DNA from: a virus
Taxonomy: Duplodnaviria > Caudoviricetes
Virus record (IMG/VR): IMGVR_UViG_3300031965_000115
Location: 1 to 30,444 of that record
DNA length: 30,444 bases
Direction: 5' to 3' (one strand)
Below are positions 1 to 8,828 of this stretch, in pieces. Every line of letters starts with the position of its first letter. Within the stretch, counting starts at the first letter, position 1. A program made the position numbers and the translations under genes. Below the pieces are notes generated by a model. It was not told where the DNA came from. It saw only the letters and a list, made by a program, of their open reading frames with translations, and made no database searches.

Positions 1-208
1 AGAGTCTACTGAGGAGCTCCTCCACTCGGGGCCACTGCCCCAGGTGTGGAAAGCTTCGACGCCAAACAACGTTCTCCCCCTCAATCGATCCTTTGTCGAA
101 TGGTTGAAAGTGCTCCGCCGATCCAATACACCCGCCATTGATGAGGATCCGCGTCGCCAGGCGCGTTCCGCTACCCTCTGGACCAACGACGAGGAAAGCT
201 CGCTTCAC
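1..208 (-). CDS. Sulfotransferase-like P-loop protein, N-terminal part (runs off the window edge)
   Basis: Not in the ORF track. GTG at 208 follows GGAGGG and the stop of the upstream gene. Translation MKRAFLVVGPEGSGTRLATRILINGGCIG... resembles the 5'-PSB loop (hhhGxxRSGTxhhxxhL) of sulfotransferase-family proteins. Only 69 codons are visible. Confidence 0.55.
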   Translation of the reverse strand, partial: MKRAFLVVGPEGSGTRLATRILINGGCIGSAEHFQPFDKGSIEGENVVWRRSFPHLGQWPRVEELLSRL

Positions 209-213
209 AACGA

Positions 214-627
214 TTACCCTCCAGGCTGTCCAAAGGTGATCTCAGCAAAGTACGGTCGATTCGTCCCGGGATCTGAGACTCCCTTGATGTCCATGATTGG
301 CCCGACTTCTCCATCAGGGAGCTCGAATCTATCACGGCGATCGATTGGTTGTGTTCTACTGAACCCACTCACAACCATCGGAGTCGGAGGCACCGCCTCC
401 AAGATCAACAAGCGGCCCACAACAGAGATGTATCGCCCGTCCGACGTGAAGACCTGCTTGTGCATCGGCTCGTAGATTCCCTTTCGAGCGACGCCAGAAG
501 CGAGCACTTGCTGGCCCTTAAAGTCTTGACCCACCCAGGCGCGGTGAGTCACCGTCACCTGGAGAGTCTTCGTCAGACTGTCCGCCGTCTGGATTGCGTT
601 CCGAAGAATGCCAGCAAACCCACCCAC
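214..627 (-). CDS. Putative head-closure / head-tail joining protein
   Basis: 137 aa, beta-rich; abuts the adaptor gene; position matches the siphovirus neck module. Confidence 0.55.
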   Translation of the reverse strand: MGGFAGILRNAIQTADSLTKTLQVTVTHRAWVGQDFKGQQVLASGVARKGIYEPMHKQVFTSDGRYISVVGRLLILEAVPPTPMVVSGFSRTQPIDRRDRFELPDGEVGPIMDIKGVSDPGTNRPYFAEITFGQPGG

Positions 628-1197
628 TCAGTCCACCTCAAAGACGAGCGTCGTGTTCTGAACGTCTTCCTCATCCGGCAACAACCACGACTGGACGAGG
701 AGATACTTCACTGCGTCAGGCAGAACAGCAGCCAGCGCATTGAGTTCTCGAATCGAACGAGCCACCAGCTCGCTGTTCTCTATGACGAGGTTCTGGAACC
801 CGATCTCAACGGATCCAGCCTTGATCCGATTAATCCCCTGGTTGATGATCGCGTTGTCAGCGGTACGGTCCGTCTCGATGAGTTGCCGCGCGAACTCGCT
901 CTGCGCTTGCTTCAACTCAACTGGAATGATCGTTGTGAGGATTACAAACCCGTTCCTGTTGAACATCCCGCTGCGGGGCCAACCCAACGCTTGGACAGCG
1001 CCAACAGGTGATCCAGTCCACGCACGTGGATTTGAGTCGAGGAGCAGCGCTGCCCACTTGAGAGCAGCTTCTTTCGTCGCCGTAGTAGCGTCATCCCACG
1101 ACGACACATGGAGTCGTGCCGCGTTGTAGGCGTCTGCCTCAGCTACACTTGCGTAGCTGTTCGCGGAGGCTCCGCCGACCGTCGTGTCCAAGGCCAT
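628..1197 (-). CDS. Head-tail adaptor (family often labelled 'DnaT-like')
   Basis: ANSYASVAEADAY, QALGWPR and IPVELKQAQSEFA motifs; lies immediately downstream of the major capsid gene. Confidence 0.75.
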   Translation of the reverse strand: MALDTTVGGASANSYASVAEADAYNAARLHVSSWDDATTATKEAALKWAALLLDSNPRAWTGSPVGAVQALGWPRSGMFNRNGFVILTTIIPVELKQAQSEFARQLIETDRTADNAIINQGINRIKAGSVEIGFQNLVIENSELVARSIRELNALAAVLPDAVKYLLVQSWLLPDEEDVQNTTLVFEVD

Positions 1198-1207
1198 CTC
1201 ATGGACT

Positions 1208-1277
1208 CCACGAGTAGTGCGAGGACGCCCCGCTGGTTGACCAAATCAAGTCGAAAGAGACGCCTCTCGCGGGTGGA
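1208..1277 (-). promoter_or_regulatory. Long stem-loop between the capsid gene and the adaptor gene, overlapping the adaptor SD
   Basis: Minus-strand pairings TCCAC/GTGGA, GCGAG/CTCGC and GGCGTCTC/GGGGCGTC (with GU pairs); no U-tract. Confidence 0.4.
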
Positions 1278-1280
1278 CGA

Positions 1281-2303
1281 CTACGTCATGTGGACGACGC
1301 CCGACCGCCCCTGCGCATCCGAGCGGATGAGAGGGATCTGGATCGCGAACGCCTTGAAGCGAACCTGGAATCCGCCCTCCACGTCCCACTGGACGCTCTG
1401 GAGTCCCTCACCGTCCACCAGCGACACGACGTCCCTGGTCATCTGCACGAGCAGGACCTGGCTCGTCGAGAGCTGATCCACGACCGTCACGCCCTGGATG
1501 CCGTCGACCTCGAGGACCCGCTGCCGGATGGTCTTGTCGCTGTTCGCCTTGAAGTCATTCGACAGCTTGGTGGAGACGTTCGTCGGAACGTAGATGCGGT
1601 ACGGGCCGAACATCCGAGCCGCCTCCGCAGCCGCGATGAGAGTGAGCACGTCGGCCAGGATGTTCTCCCCGGTCTTCGCCGTCGCGCTCCACGCACCGTT
1701 GGTGCCGAAGTTCGCCAGGTTGCGATCGGGATGGTTGGTGAGACCGTGGATGGCCTTCCCCCCGAAGGTGGGGCCACCCGCGAAGTAGATCTGCTCGAGC
1801 CTTTCGGCCACGAGCCGACCAGCCGTGCGTGCCTGCGTGGTGTCGAGTGACTCGCCCCGCTCCCGCGACGCGGACAGCGTGCGCAGGTTGATGTTGAAGT
1901 CCTTGTGGGTGATGGGCAGCGGGATGGAGTCCAGGCTGAACTCCTGCGAGTCGTCCTCGGAACGGTCGATGCCGCTCAGCGAGGTGATCGCAGGGTTCAT
2001 GTCGGTGACCTTCTCCCACTCGAGGAGCGTCTTCCCCATCGCGTTCGCGACGGGGATGGTGAGACCGGCCGCCATCAAGTCGGCGACCCCTCGGAGACGG
2101 ATCATACCTTCCTCGATCAACGCCTCGTCGAACGCTTTCCACTCGTCCTTGCGGAGAGTGTCCAACGTCCGAAGAACGTCGGGCGAGAACGGCAGACCCG
2201 AGTTCAGCGCTCGCAGAAGCTGCTCGCTGGCCCAGCGACCGCTCGCGCTGTAGAAGGTGCGTCCGGTCTCGATGACCGCCGCACCTGCCTTCGTTGCCTT
2301 CAT
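1281..2303 (-). CDS. Major capsid protein (HK97 fold, encapsulin/Linocin-M18-like clade)
   Basis: 340 aa; LRKDEWKAFDEALIE, PLPITHKDF and GLTNHPDRN motifs; strong AAGGAG SD; strongly biased codon use; follows the cement gene. Confidence 0.85.
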   Translation of the reverse strand: MKATKAGAAVIETGRTFYSASGRWASEQLLRALNSGLPFSPDVLRTLDTLRKDEWKAFDEALIEEGMIRLRGVADLMAAGLTIPVANAMGKTLLEWEKVTDMNPAITSLSGIDRSEDDSQEFSLDSIPLPITHKDFNINLRTLSASRERGESLDTTQARTAGRLVAERLEQIYFAGGPTFGGKAIHGLTNHPDRNLANFGTNGAWSATAKTGENILADVLTLIAAAEAARMFGPYRIYVPTNVSTKLSNDFKANSDKTIRQRVLEVDGIQGVTVVDQLSTSQVLLVQMTRDVVSLVDGEGLQSVQWDVEGGFQVRFKAFAIQIPLIRSDAQGRSGVVHMT

Positions 2304-2343
2304 GTCTCTGTTCTCCTTCTCAGTGGCCCAGGGGTGCGGTTCC

Positions 2344-2760
2344 CTAGACGATCTCGATCCTGATGCGCGTCGGGGTGACGGTGGCGTTCACGGCTTCGAG
2401 GGCGCGCGCGGTCGGCGTGTCGCTCCCGACGGCCTTGAACAGACCGACGTTGTCCGGCGTGAGGTACGCTCCCTTCGCGACGTTGACGCCCGACGCGATG
2501 AAAGCATAGACGCGGTGACCGGCGTGGCAGGAGCCAGCCTTCACCTTGTCTCCGATGGCGTAGGCGGTGGAGATGCCCTGACCGAGCTCGTCGCGCTCCA
2601 GCGCGAACTGCATCGCCACCCTCACACCGGCTGCGGTGTTCTTCTGGACTCCGGTTGACGTGAGCATGATGAGGTGGCCGGGGGTGAGAGCCTCCAGCGC
2701 CGACTCCTCTTCGTTGATCACGGGCAACGGACCCAGAAGGATGATCTTCGTGCGTGCCAT
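2344..2760 (-). CDS. Capsid decoration/cement protein
   Basis: 138 aa, Ala/Gly/Val-rich; lies between scaffold and capsid genes; AGGAGG SD. Confidence 0.7.
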   Translation of the reverse strand: MARTKIILLGPLPVINEEESALEALTPGHLIMLTSTGVQKNTAAGVRVAMQFALERDELGQGISTAYAIGDKVKAGSCHAGHRVYAFIASGVNVAKGAYLTPDNVGLFKAVGSDTPTARALEAVNATVTPTRIRIEIV

Positions 2761-2799
2761 GTTTCTCGTCCCTCCTGTTCAAAAGGTACGGAAGTGAGT

Positions 2800-4437
2800 C
2801 TAGTTGACGGCCCGGGATGTCCGGATGCGCTCCGTCAAAGACGGAGGAGGATCCGGACGGTTGACGTTGCCACCCGCGTCCCGAGGACCGCCGGCCCCCG
2901 AGAAGTCGGACTTCGGCTTGACGATCGCCGACGCCAGCTTGGTCAGCTGGTCGAGCGGCATCACCGTGAGGTCCGCCTCGCTGAATGCCCTCTGAGCATC
3001 CTTGAGCTGCGAGACGAGCGCGGTGCGCTTCGCGGCCTGTGCCGCCTTGTGCTCGGTGACGATCTCCGAGATGTCCGGGTTCTCCTTGAGCAACTTCTCG
3101 CGTCGCTGCTCGGGGGTCTCCTCCTCGTCGTCCTTGGTCGGCTCGGGCTCCGGGGCCGGAGCGGGGGCCGGAGCGGGGGCCGGGGCCGGATCCGAGGCTG
3201 CCTTGATGTGCTTCTCCAGAGCCTCGAGCTCCGCGTCGGGAAGCTGCCCCAGGGTGGCCTGTGATGCCGCCGTGAAACAGGTCTTGCCGCTCGCGATGAT
3301 CGCTGCGACTCTTTCCTTCTTCGTCATATCGACGTCCTCCTTCGGGGTTGCGGATGCGGCTCTCGGAAGGCTGCCCGCGCCACATCCGCTCTTCGCGGCG
3401 GCAGCCGTGACTGGTTCGTACTTCGTGACCTGACGCACCTCGGTGACTCCGGAATCGAGCGTGACCGTGTTGTTGTCCGAAAGCGTGTAGTCGCGCTGGA
3501 AGAACTTCACTTCTCCCTCGGGCGCGGTCGCGTAGACCACGCTGGTCACCTCGGGGAAGACTTCGACCACGCCGAGGAATCCTGGCTCTTCGGCGAAGAG
3601 TGCCTGCTCGAGCTGCATCCGAAGATCCGAGTCGCTCGTGCCCTGGTCGTCCTCCTGCGCTGGACGGAACTTGTCCATCAGCTCCCTGAACTTCTCCCTC
3701 AAGTTCTTCACAACACCACCTCCCTTTTCGGCCGCTCTCGGCGCGCCGCAGCCCATGTCCACGGAGCAGGCACCCTCGGTTCCCTCGGGCAGAGCGGCGA
3801 GATGGTCGGGGACGATGTTCCGCCACACACCACTGTACCGTCGTCCCTCATGCTCCCCACTCACGTCCTCCGTCTCGACGAAAACGCCAACCGAGACTTC
3901 CACCGTGTCGCCCGCACGCATCCGGTCCAGCACCCGCTGTCCTTCGGGGATCCGCGCTGCCCGGTCCGTATCGAGCCACATCTCCATCTTCAGGCGCTTG
4001 TCCTCGACGCGCGCGTGGAACGTCTGCCCCACCTGCATCCGCTCAAGAACGATTGGCTCGTTGGCCGAAACCCGCTGCCCGTTGAGAATGGGGTGGTCCC
4101 ACACAACGGGTCGCCCGTTCCACCCTTCGGGGAATCTCGCGAACTCTTCCGCGAGCACGAGCTCCGGAGTCGCCGAGTTGGAAGCGTGAATCACACCCTC
4201 CACCAGCGCCACCACAGGAGCCACAACGTGTTCACGCCCGTCGAACTCCGCCGTTCGAAGAGCACCAGCCAACGAGGCACGCAGAGAGAGGGAGCGCCGT
4301 CCTTCGCGCTGACTCTCGATCGCACGTTCCTGCGCTTCGGCCTCCTCGCGTGTATCGTGGCACCCGAGCTTACGGGAGCCATCACGCGTGAAGAGGCACC
4401 ACTGGTCCCCCTCTTTACGGATGACGCAGTGCCTCAT
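2800..4437 (-). CDS. Prohead protease (DUF2213-like) fused to scaffold
   Basis: WNGRPVVWDHP, EVSVG and PDHLAALP..GACS...GCG motifs; helical C-terminus with a PA linker. ATG 4437 overlaps the MuF stop (the ORF-track GTG at 4449 is also possible). Confidence 0.8.
   Translation of the reverse strand: MRHCVIRKEGDQWCLFTRDGSRKLGCHDTREEAEAQERAIESQREGRRSLSLRASLAGALRTAEFDGREHVVAPVVALVEGVIHASNSATPELVLAEEFARFPEGWNGRPVVWDHPILNGQRVSANEPIVLERMQVGQTFHARVEDKRLKMEMWLDTDRAARIPEGQRVLDRMRAGDTVEVSVGVFVETEDVSGEHEGRRYSGVWRNIVPDHLAALPEGTEGACSVDMGCGAPRAAEKGGGVVKNLREKFRELMDKFRPAQEDDQGTSDSDLRMQLEQALFAEEPGFLGVVEVFPEVTSVVYATAPEGEVKFFQRDYTLSDNNTVTLDSGVTEVRQVTKYEPVTAAAAKSGCGAGSLPRAASATPKEDVDMTKKERVAAIIASGKTCFTAASQATLGQLPDAELEALEKHIKAASDPAPAPAPAPAPAPEPEPTKDDEEETPEQRREKLLKENPDISEIVTEHKAAQAAKRTALVSQLKDAQRAFSEADLTVMPLDQLTKLASAIVKPKSDFSGAGGPRDAGGNVNRPDPPPSLTERIRTSRAVN
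3151..3190. repeat. Tandem GGGGCCGGAGCG-type repeat encoding a Pro-Ala linker
   Basis: cggggccggagcgggggccggagcgggggccggggccgga encodes the PAPAPAPAPAPAP stretch of the scaffold. Confidence 0.85.
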
Positions 4438-5486
4438 GTCGTCAACCACTTAGTGCTGATCCCCATCGTGCACCGGCAGAAGACGTGTGCTGGTGGACCT
4501 TGAATCCCGATGTCCGGGAACGGTTGGTCGATCAGCGCAGTCAATCCGTTGAGCGGTTCACAAATCGGGCAGAGTCGCTCGTCCGGCGTGACAAACCACT
4601 CCTTGACCTGATTCGATCCAAGGAGCCCCTCTTGCTGTGCCTGGATCCAGAGCTGCCGCTGTCCTTCATTTGACGCGGCAATCGTCTCTGTACGCGCGAT
4701 CATCCGACCCCGTAGGTTCAGCAACCGATTCGCGTACTGTTCGGTCCGACGCGCAATCAGTTCTTCTGTTACACCGGTCTTCGGAATCCGGATCGCCGTT
4801 TTCCCCGCGAAGATACGGTGACCGGCGTTCGCCGGATCCAGCATCTTCGCGCGCAGATTCGCGACAGCCGTCGTCTGTGGCCCAGTGAGCCCAACCATTG
4901 TGCGCAACATTCGCGCCGCAATCTCCGGTGGCCAACCTTCGATGAACGCCTGCGCCATTGTCGAACGGAGCGCAGCTCGCGTCTCCTCTGTCACTCGGGT
5001 CACAAGTTGCGCTGACTGTGTGCTGGCCCACGCTACTGCTTCGGGGTTGGCCTGATCAAAGATCAACCCTTCGAGCCCCTGCGCTGCACGGATTCTGGTT
5101 CGCTCGAACTGACCTCTGCGTTGCGCGTCCTGTGTCGCTGCTTTGGCTCCGGCCACTAGCGTTGACCGGACAAGTTCACGTGCTCGCTCCTTCAAGGTAA
5201 CACCAAGAGCCGCGATCGCGAAGCCTAGCGTCGACTCGGCCCAACTTGGCTCTCTTCGCTCAAGGTCCGCAGTGAGTTGTGCCACGTCGAGCACCATCTG
5301 TCCTTGGCGAGCAGCAGAGCGGAACGCAGCACTGAACCGAGCTTCGTGATCCCGAGCTGCGCGACTGACAGGGTCTTGAAGGGAATGAGCGTATCTCCGG
5401 TTCTTCGCTTCAGCCGTCGCGCGGGACGCGCTCTTACCGTAGTAAGTGCTGCGGGTGCGAGAACCGGAAAGAGAACCCTTGAGCAT
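4434..5486 (-). CDS. Head morphogenesis / minor head protein (MuF, SPP1 gp7-like)
   Basis: RGRMIARTET, KEWFVTPDERLCPIC and PPAHVFCRC signature; follows the portal. Confidence 0.85.
   Translation of the reverse strand: MLKGSLSGSRTRSTYYGKSASRATAEAKNRRYAHSLQDPVSRAARDHEARFSAAFRSAARQGQMVLDVAQLTADLERREPSWAESTLGFAIAALGVTLKERARELVRSTLVAGAKAATQDAQRRGQFERTRIRAAQGLEGLIFDQANPEAVAWASTQSAQLVTRVTEETRAALRSTMAQAFIEGWPPEIAARMLRTMVGLTGPQTTAVANLRAKMLDPANAGHRIFAGKTAIRIPKTGVTEELIARRTEQYANRLLNLRGRMIARTETIAASNEGQRQLWIQAQQEGLLGSNQVKEWFVTPDERLCPICEPLNGLTALIDQPFPDIGIQGPPAHVFCRCTMGISTKWLTT
5146..5178. repeat. 33-bp exact inverted repeat, copy 1 (partner at 16419-16451)
   Basis: gctccggccactagcgttgaccggacaagttca is the exact reverse complement of 16419-16451. 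Confidence 0.95.
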
Positions 5487-5545
5487 CGTCTTAAACGAAG
5501 AAAGTTGACCTTCAGGCGCCCCGGGCCTGCGTCCACTTCATCGAT

Positions 5546-6931
5546 CTACCTCTCTTCCTCAATGCGAACACCGCCACCAGTCTCATCCGGAATGGGACTC
5601 GTGTCTTCGTCCTCGAGCGGGTCGAGCCCCAGTACCCGATCTCGAATCTCTTCAGGTTTCACGACCGTACCACCGGCCTGCGAGTTGAGTTTGGACCACT
5701 TGTCAGCGATCTCGGCCTTCTCTCCCTCCTTCAGTTCGCCGAAGTCAGGCCACCGAACGTCGTACTGTTCCGGTTCGGGGAGAGCTCCATGATCGATGAG
5801 ACGCCCCACGAGATCCCTCACCAATGGCTCGGCGAACTCCGAACGTCGGTCGCTCACACGCTCGTTCCAATTGTCCTGGTCCTGCGTGCTAGCCAACTCG
5901 CCTCGCTCGCTGCCGAGGAGGAGCCTCTGTGGGATACCAGTCGCACCGCTGATCAGTGACATCAGCGAACGAACCTGACCGTCGAAGTTGCTAACATCAC
6001 CGCCCAGCTCCTGAATGTCGATCCCCCGCAGGGTGAGGAAACGTCGCAGCCCTTGGATGTATTCCTCAACCTGCTCTTCAATCTGCTTCTTTGCCTGCGC
6101 GTCGTGCTTGATCCCTTGCTGGAGATTCATCGCCATGCCACGATGGACACGCTGCCAGAACGCCTCGCTTCCACTGCCGACGACCTTGTCCAGATCGTCT
6201 AGGCGATTCCACACACGCTCGAGTCGTGACTGGCCGTAAACACGATCATCCAGCATGTTGTCCACAACGTGGATCACACGCGTCCAGTGCACGGTGAGCG
6301 ATGTGTTCGAGCGTCCTCGCGCCGAGACTCGCTTGATGTGGTAGGACAGAGGGAGCCCGAAGCGTGGGTTCTCCGAATCCTCTACGAACGCGCCGACCTG
6401 AGCCTCGTCCTCGCCATACGGCGAAAGGTAGAGCACTGCGTCCTGTCCACTCATCCGAGGTAGCTCTTCGGACGGACGACCTTCCGCGCCGATCAGGATC
6501 ACCGAGTACGCACCGAGTCCCGCAAGGATGTCTGCTCGAGCCAGAACAGACCACACACCGAGTCGGTCATTCAGTGCCTTCCACTCCTCCTCAAAGACAG
6601 TGCTGACCTCCGGGTCTTCATCCTCAACCAGTTCTGCTCCACCGCGCCACGTCGCCTTCGGCATCGCCTCAACGATCCGGCCGGCAACATCACCACGCCG
6701 ATAGCGATCCCGAAACTTGCTAGCGTTGAGCTCACGGTCGTAACCAAGGGCCTCGTAGAGATTCCGGTTCCCAAGGAAGCTGAGCCCCGCGTGCTGTGCG
6801 AAACTGGCTCGGGAGAGGAGATCCGACGCGACACGCAACGCGCCCACTTGGTCGAAGACCTCAGGAGCGTGCCCGTTACCTCCCGGAATGGGGAGGTTGT
6901 CCATGTCAAACCGATCCCTTGGATCGCTCAC
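5546..6931 (-). CDS. Portal protein (DUF1073-like)
   Basis: 461 aa; YRRGDVAGRIVE, VHWTRVIH, GIPQRLLLGSERGELAS and D..NW motifs; lies between TerL and MuF. Confidence 0.85.
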   Translation of the reverse strand: MSDPRDRFDMDNLPIPGGNGHAPEVFDQVGALRVASDLLSRASFAQHAGLSFLGNRNLYEALGYDRELNASKFRDRYRRGDVAGRIVEAMPKATWRGGAELVEDEDPEVSTVFEEEWKALNDRLGVWSVLARADILAGLGAYSVILIGAEGRPSEELPRMSGQDAVLYLSPYGEDEAQVGAFVEDSENPRFGLPLSYHIKRVSARGRSNTSLTVHWTRVIHVVDNMLDDRVYGQSRLERVWNRLDDLDKVVGSGSEAFWQRVHRGMAMNLQQGIKHDAQAKKQIEEQVEEYIQGLRRFLTLRGIDIQELGGDVSNFDGQVRSLMSLISGATGIPQRLLLGSERGELASTQDQDNWNERVSDRRSEFAEPLVRDLVGRLIDHGALPEPEQYDVRWPDFGELKEGEKAEIADKWSKLNSQAGGTVVKPEEIRDRVLGLDPLEDEDTSPIPDETGGGVRIEEER

Positions 6932-8292
6932 CAGACTGGACTCTCCTCTCCACCAACCAACGCCATCTCTGCTACTAGCCCGAGTACCGCATTGGCAACG
7001 TCGTCATGCGCGCCAGGCATGTGGTCGATGATGTCACGTCCACCCCGAGCTGTTCGCCGCTCGAGTCCCACGATCTGTGTCTTGAGCCTTGCCAAGTCAA
7101 GGAGCTCGACCCGCCCGCTGTTCAGCAGGGGAAGAGCATCGCGGTACAAGTCACTCTTTGCCTTGCTCGCCGGTTCGTACTCCACCCCATGCTTGGTGAA
7201 CATCTCACGAGGCCACTCTCCAGCGTACCGGTCGCCGTGAACCGTTGTTACTCCGTACCCTATCAGGGTCGTTGCCAAATCGCGGACAACAGCCTCCGGC
7301 GAGAACGGAGCTTCACGCTCAATTGCATAGTCCAACACAATTTTGTCACCAACGACGTGACCAATCGCCAACGTCATCGAATCGTCGCGGCCACCACTCG
7401 GGTCCACGAATGCACGATACTCGAGACCAACCTGTCGAGGCAAAGAGTGTCGCCCTCGCGCAACACAAGCCTCAACAGCTTCGAGCGTGACGTAGCTCTC
7501 CACGTCCTGACGGAAAGCTGCACCGTACTCTGTTGCGGCTGCGACAGGGTCATCTTCGTACGCCTTGCGGATTTCCTCTCTGTCAAAGCTTGGGTTGAGT
7601 TTCTCCGTCGGCTCGTGTACCAAAACGACCGTCGGATCTCCGTACGCCTCTCCCCCAGATCCGTATCTCTTGAATGCCTTCCAGAGCACACCGCGTTGTG
7701 CGTAGGGGGAAGAAACAACTGCGAGGAGGCTCCCGTGTACACGAGCCAGAGCCGGACGAAGAGCGCGAACCAACTCCACGTCTGGATTTGCGCTGTCTTC
7801 CTTCGGGAGGAATGCAGCTTCCTCTATTACGACAAGCGCATACGAACGACTCCGGGCAGCCTTGCCAGCCGTGAGCACCTCGATCGTGACCCCATTCGTC
7901 AGGTCAATCGACTCCTTTTGCTCATTCTGGATCATCCCTTCCATGTCCGGAAGGGAGTGTAGAAGACCAACGACGTAGCGGAAGGTGATGCGCGCCTGCT
8001 TCCGATCAGGGCCGAAGATCCCAACGTAGATTCGCTCGCCCGCTGCTCTTCGGTAGTGACGCATCGCGAATACACACGCGAGCACCGCTATTGTTCGACT
8101 CTTCCCGCTGCCACGGCCGGCGATGACGTAGAGTTCTCTGACTATCCGCGTGACACGACTCATTACTTCGCGCCACGCATCCCACGTGTCAGAGCGGAAC
8201 TCTTCGAGCTCCGACATGAGGGAGACCGGGTCTCGAAGACGACGTTTCCTGAGCTCCGACAGCACGGCCCCAGCAGATACGAGTGGAACCAT
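6928..8292 (-). CDS. terL: Terminase large subunit
   Basis: Walker A AGRGSGKS, Walker B VVIEEAAF, coupling motif VSSP, RNase H-like nuclease AFVDPSGG...HDDVANA. The start is uncertain (ATG 8292 or TTG 8355). Confidence 0.9.
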   Translation of the reverse strand: MVPLVSAGAVLSELRKRRLRDPVSLMSELEEFRSDTWDAWREVMSRVTRIVRELYVIAGRGSGKSRTIAVLACVFAMRHYRRAAGERIYVGIFGPDRKQARITFRYVVGLLHSLPDMEGMIQNEQKESIDLTNGVTIEVLTAGKAARSRSYALVVIEEAAFLPKEDSANPDVELVRALRPALARVHGSLLAVVSSPYAQRGVLWKAFKRYGSGGEAYGDPTVVLVHEPTEKLNPSFDREEIRKAYEDDPVAAATEYGAAFRQDVESYVTLEAVEACVARGRHSLPRQVGLEYRAFVDPSGGRDDSMTLAIGHVVGDKIVLDYAIEREAPFSPEAVVRDLATTLIGYGVTTVHGDRYAGEWPREMFTKHGVEYEPASKAKSDLYRDALPLLNSGRVELLDLARLKTQIVGLERRTARGGRDIIDHMPGAHDDVANAVLGLVAEMALVGGEESPVW

Positions 8293-8303
8293 AATTGGAG
8301 TGC

Positions 8304-8816
8304 TCAGTGAACCGCCTCCTCTTCCACCATCTGAGAGCGAGCCTTCTCGATCCAAGAAGCGAGCTTCTCGAGCTGATCCTGCTCAAGATACTGGAGCCAC
8401 ACAGTATCGTCCTCTCGCGAGAACTCAAGCTTCCGCGTCGCGGGAACACCTCCCCGGTCTGCAACCATCTGCGATGCCTTGAGCCGGTGTTCCTTGACTC
8501 GGAAGTCTTCGCCCATCCCCGCGCCACAAAAGGAGCACGGATCCGCCTTGCAGACGGGGCACTTCCCCAGATTCAACTCCGGCGTCTTCATCGCGGAGAC
8601 CATCACCCCGATGGCCTCCTCGGCATGGGCTGCAGCGAGAGCAATCGCTGCCTTCGTCTTGTTGCTTAGACCTGCCCCACCCTTCCACGCACGTGGATCT
8701 CCGGATCGGAAGCTTCCGGAGTTGGGCACATGCGACCACTTCTTCTTTTTCTCCGAGGCGGAAGGAGCCGGAGTTTCCTCACTCCTCGTCGTCTCTGATG
8801 AGCTCTGTTCGTCCAC
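8304..8816 (-). CDS. terS: Terminase small subunit (putative)
   Basis: Directly upstream of TerL; GSFRSGDPRAWKGG N-terminal motif; helical body with MVADRGG; CPVC-X4-CSFC insertion. Confidence 0.65.
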   Translation of the reverse strand: MDEQSSSETTRSEETPAPSASEKKKKWSHVPNSGSFRSGDPRAWKGGAGLSNKTKAAIALAAAHAEEAIGVMVSAMKTPELNLGKCPVCKADPCSFCGAGMGEDFRVKEHRLKASQMVADRGGVPATRKLEFSREDDTVWLQYLEQDQLEKLASWIEKARSQMVEEEAVH

Positions 8817-8828
8817 GAAAGCAAGGCT

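Noticed and set aside
628-1197. Primosomal DnaT function
   Set aside because: The family label is misleading here; its position after the capsid gene indicates a head-tail adaptor.
1281-2303. Encapsulin nanocompartment / bacteriocin
   Set aside because: The terminase-portal-protease context shows it is the phage capsid protein.
2300-3826. 508-aa alternative-frame ORF overlapping the scaffold and cement genes
   Set aside because: Arg/Gly-rich off-frame product of GC3 bias; no recognisable domain.
5546-6931. Anti-CBASS Acb1 (a label often attached to DUF1073 proteins)
   Set aside because: Size and position fit a portal, and no 2H phosphoesterase HxT/S motif pair is evident.
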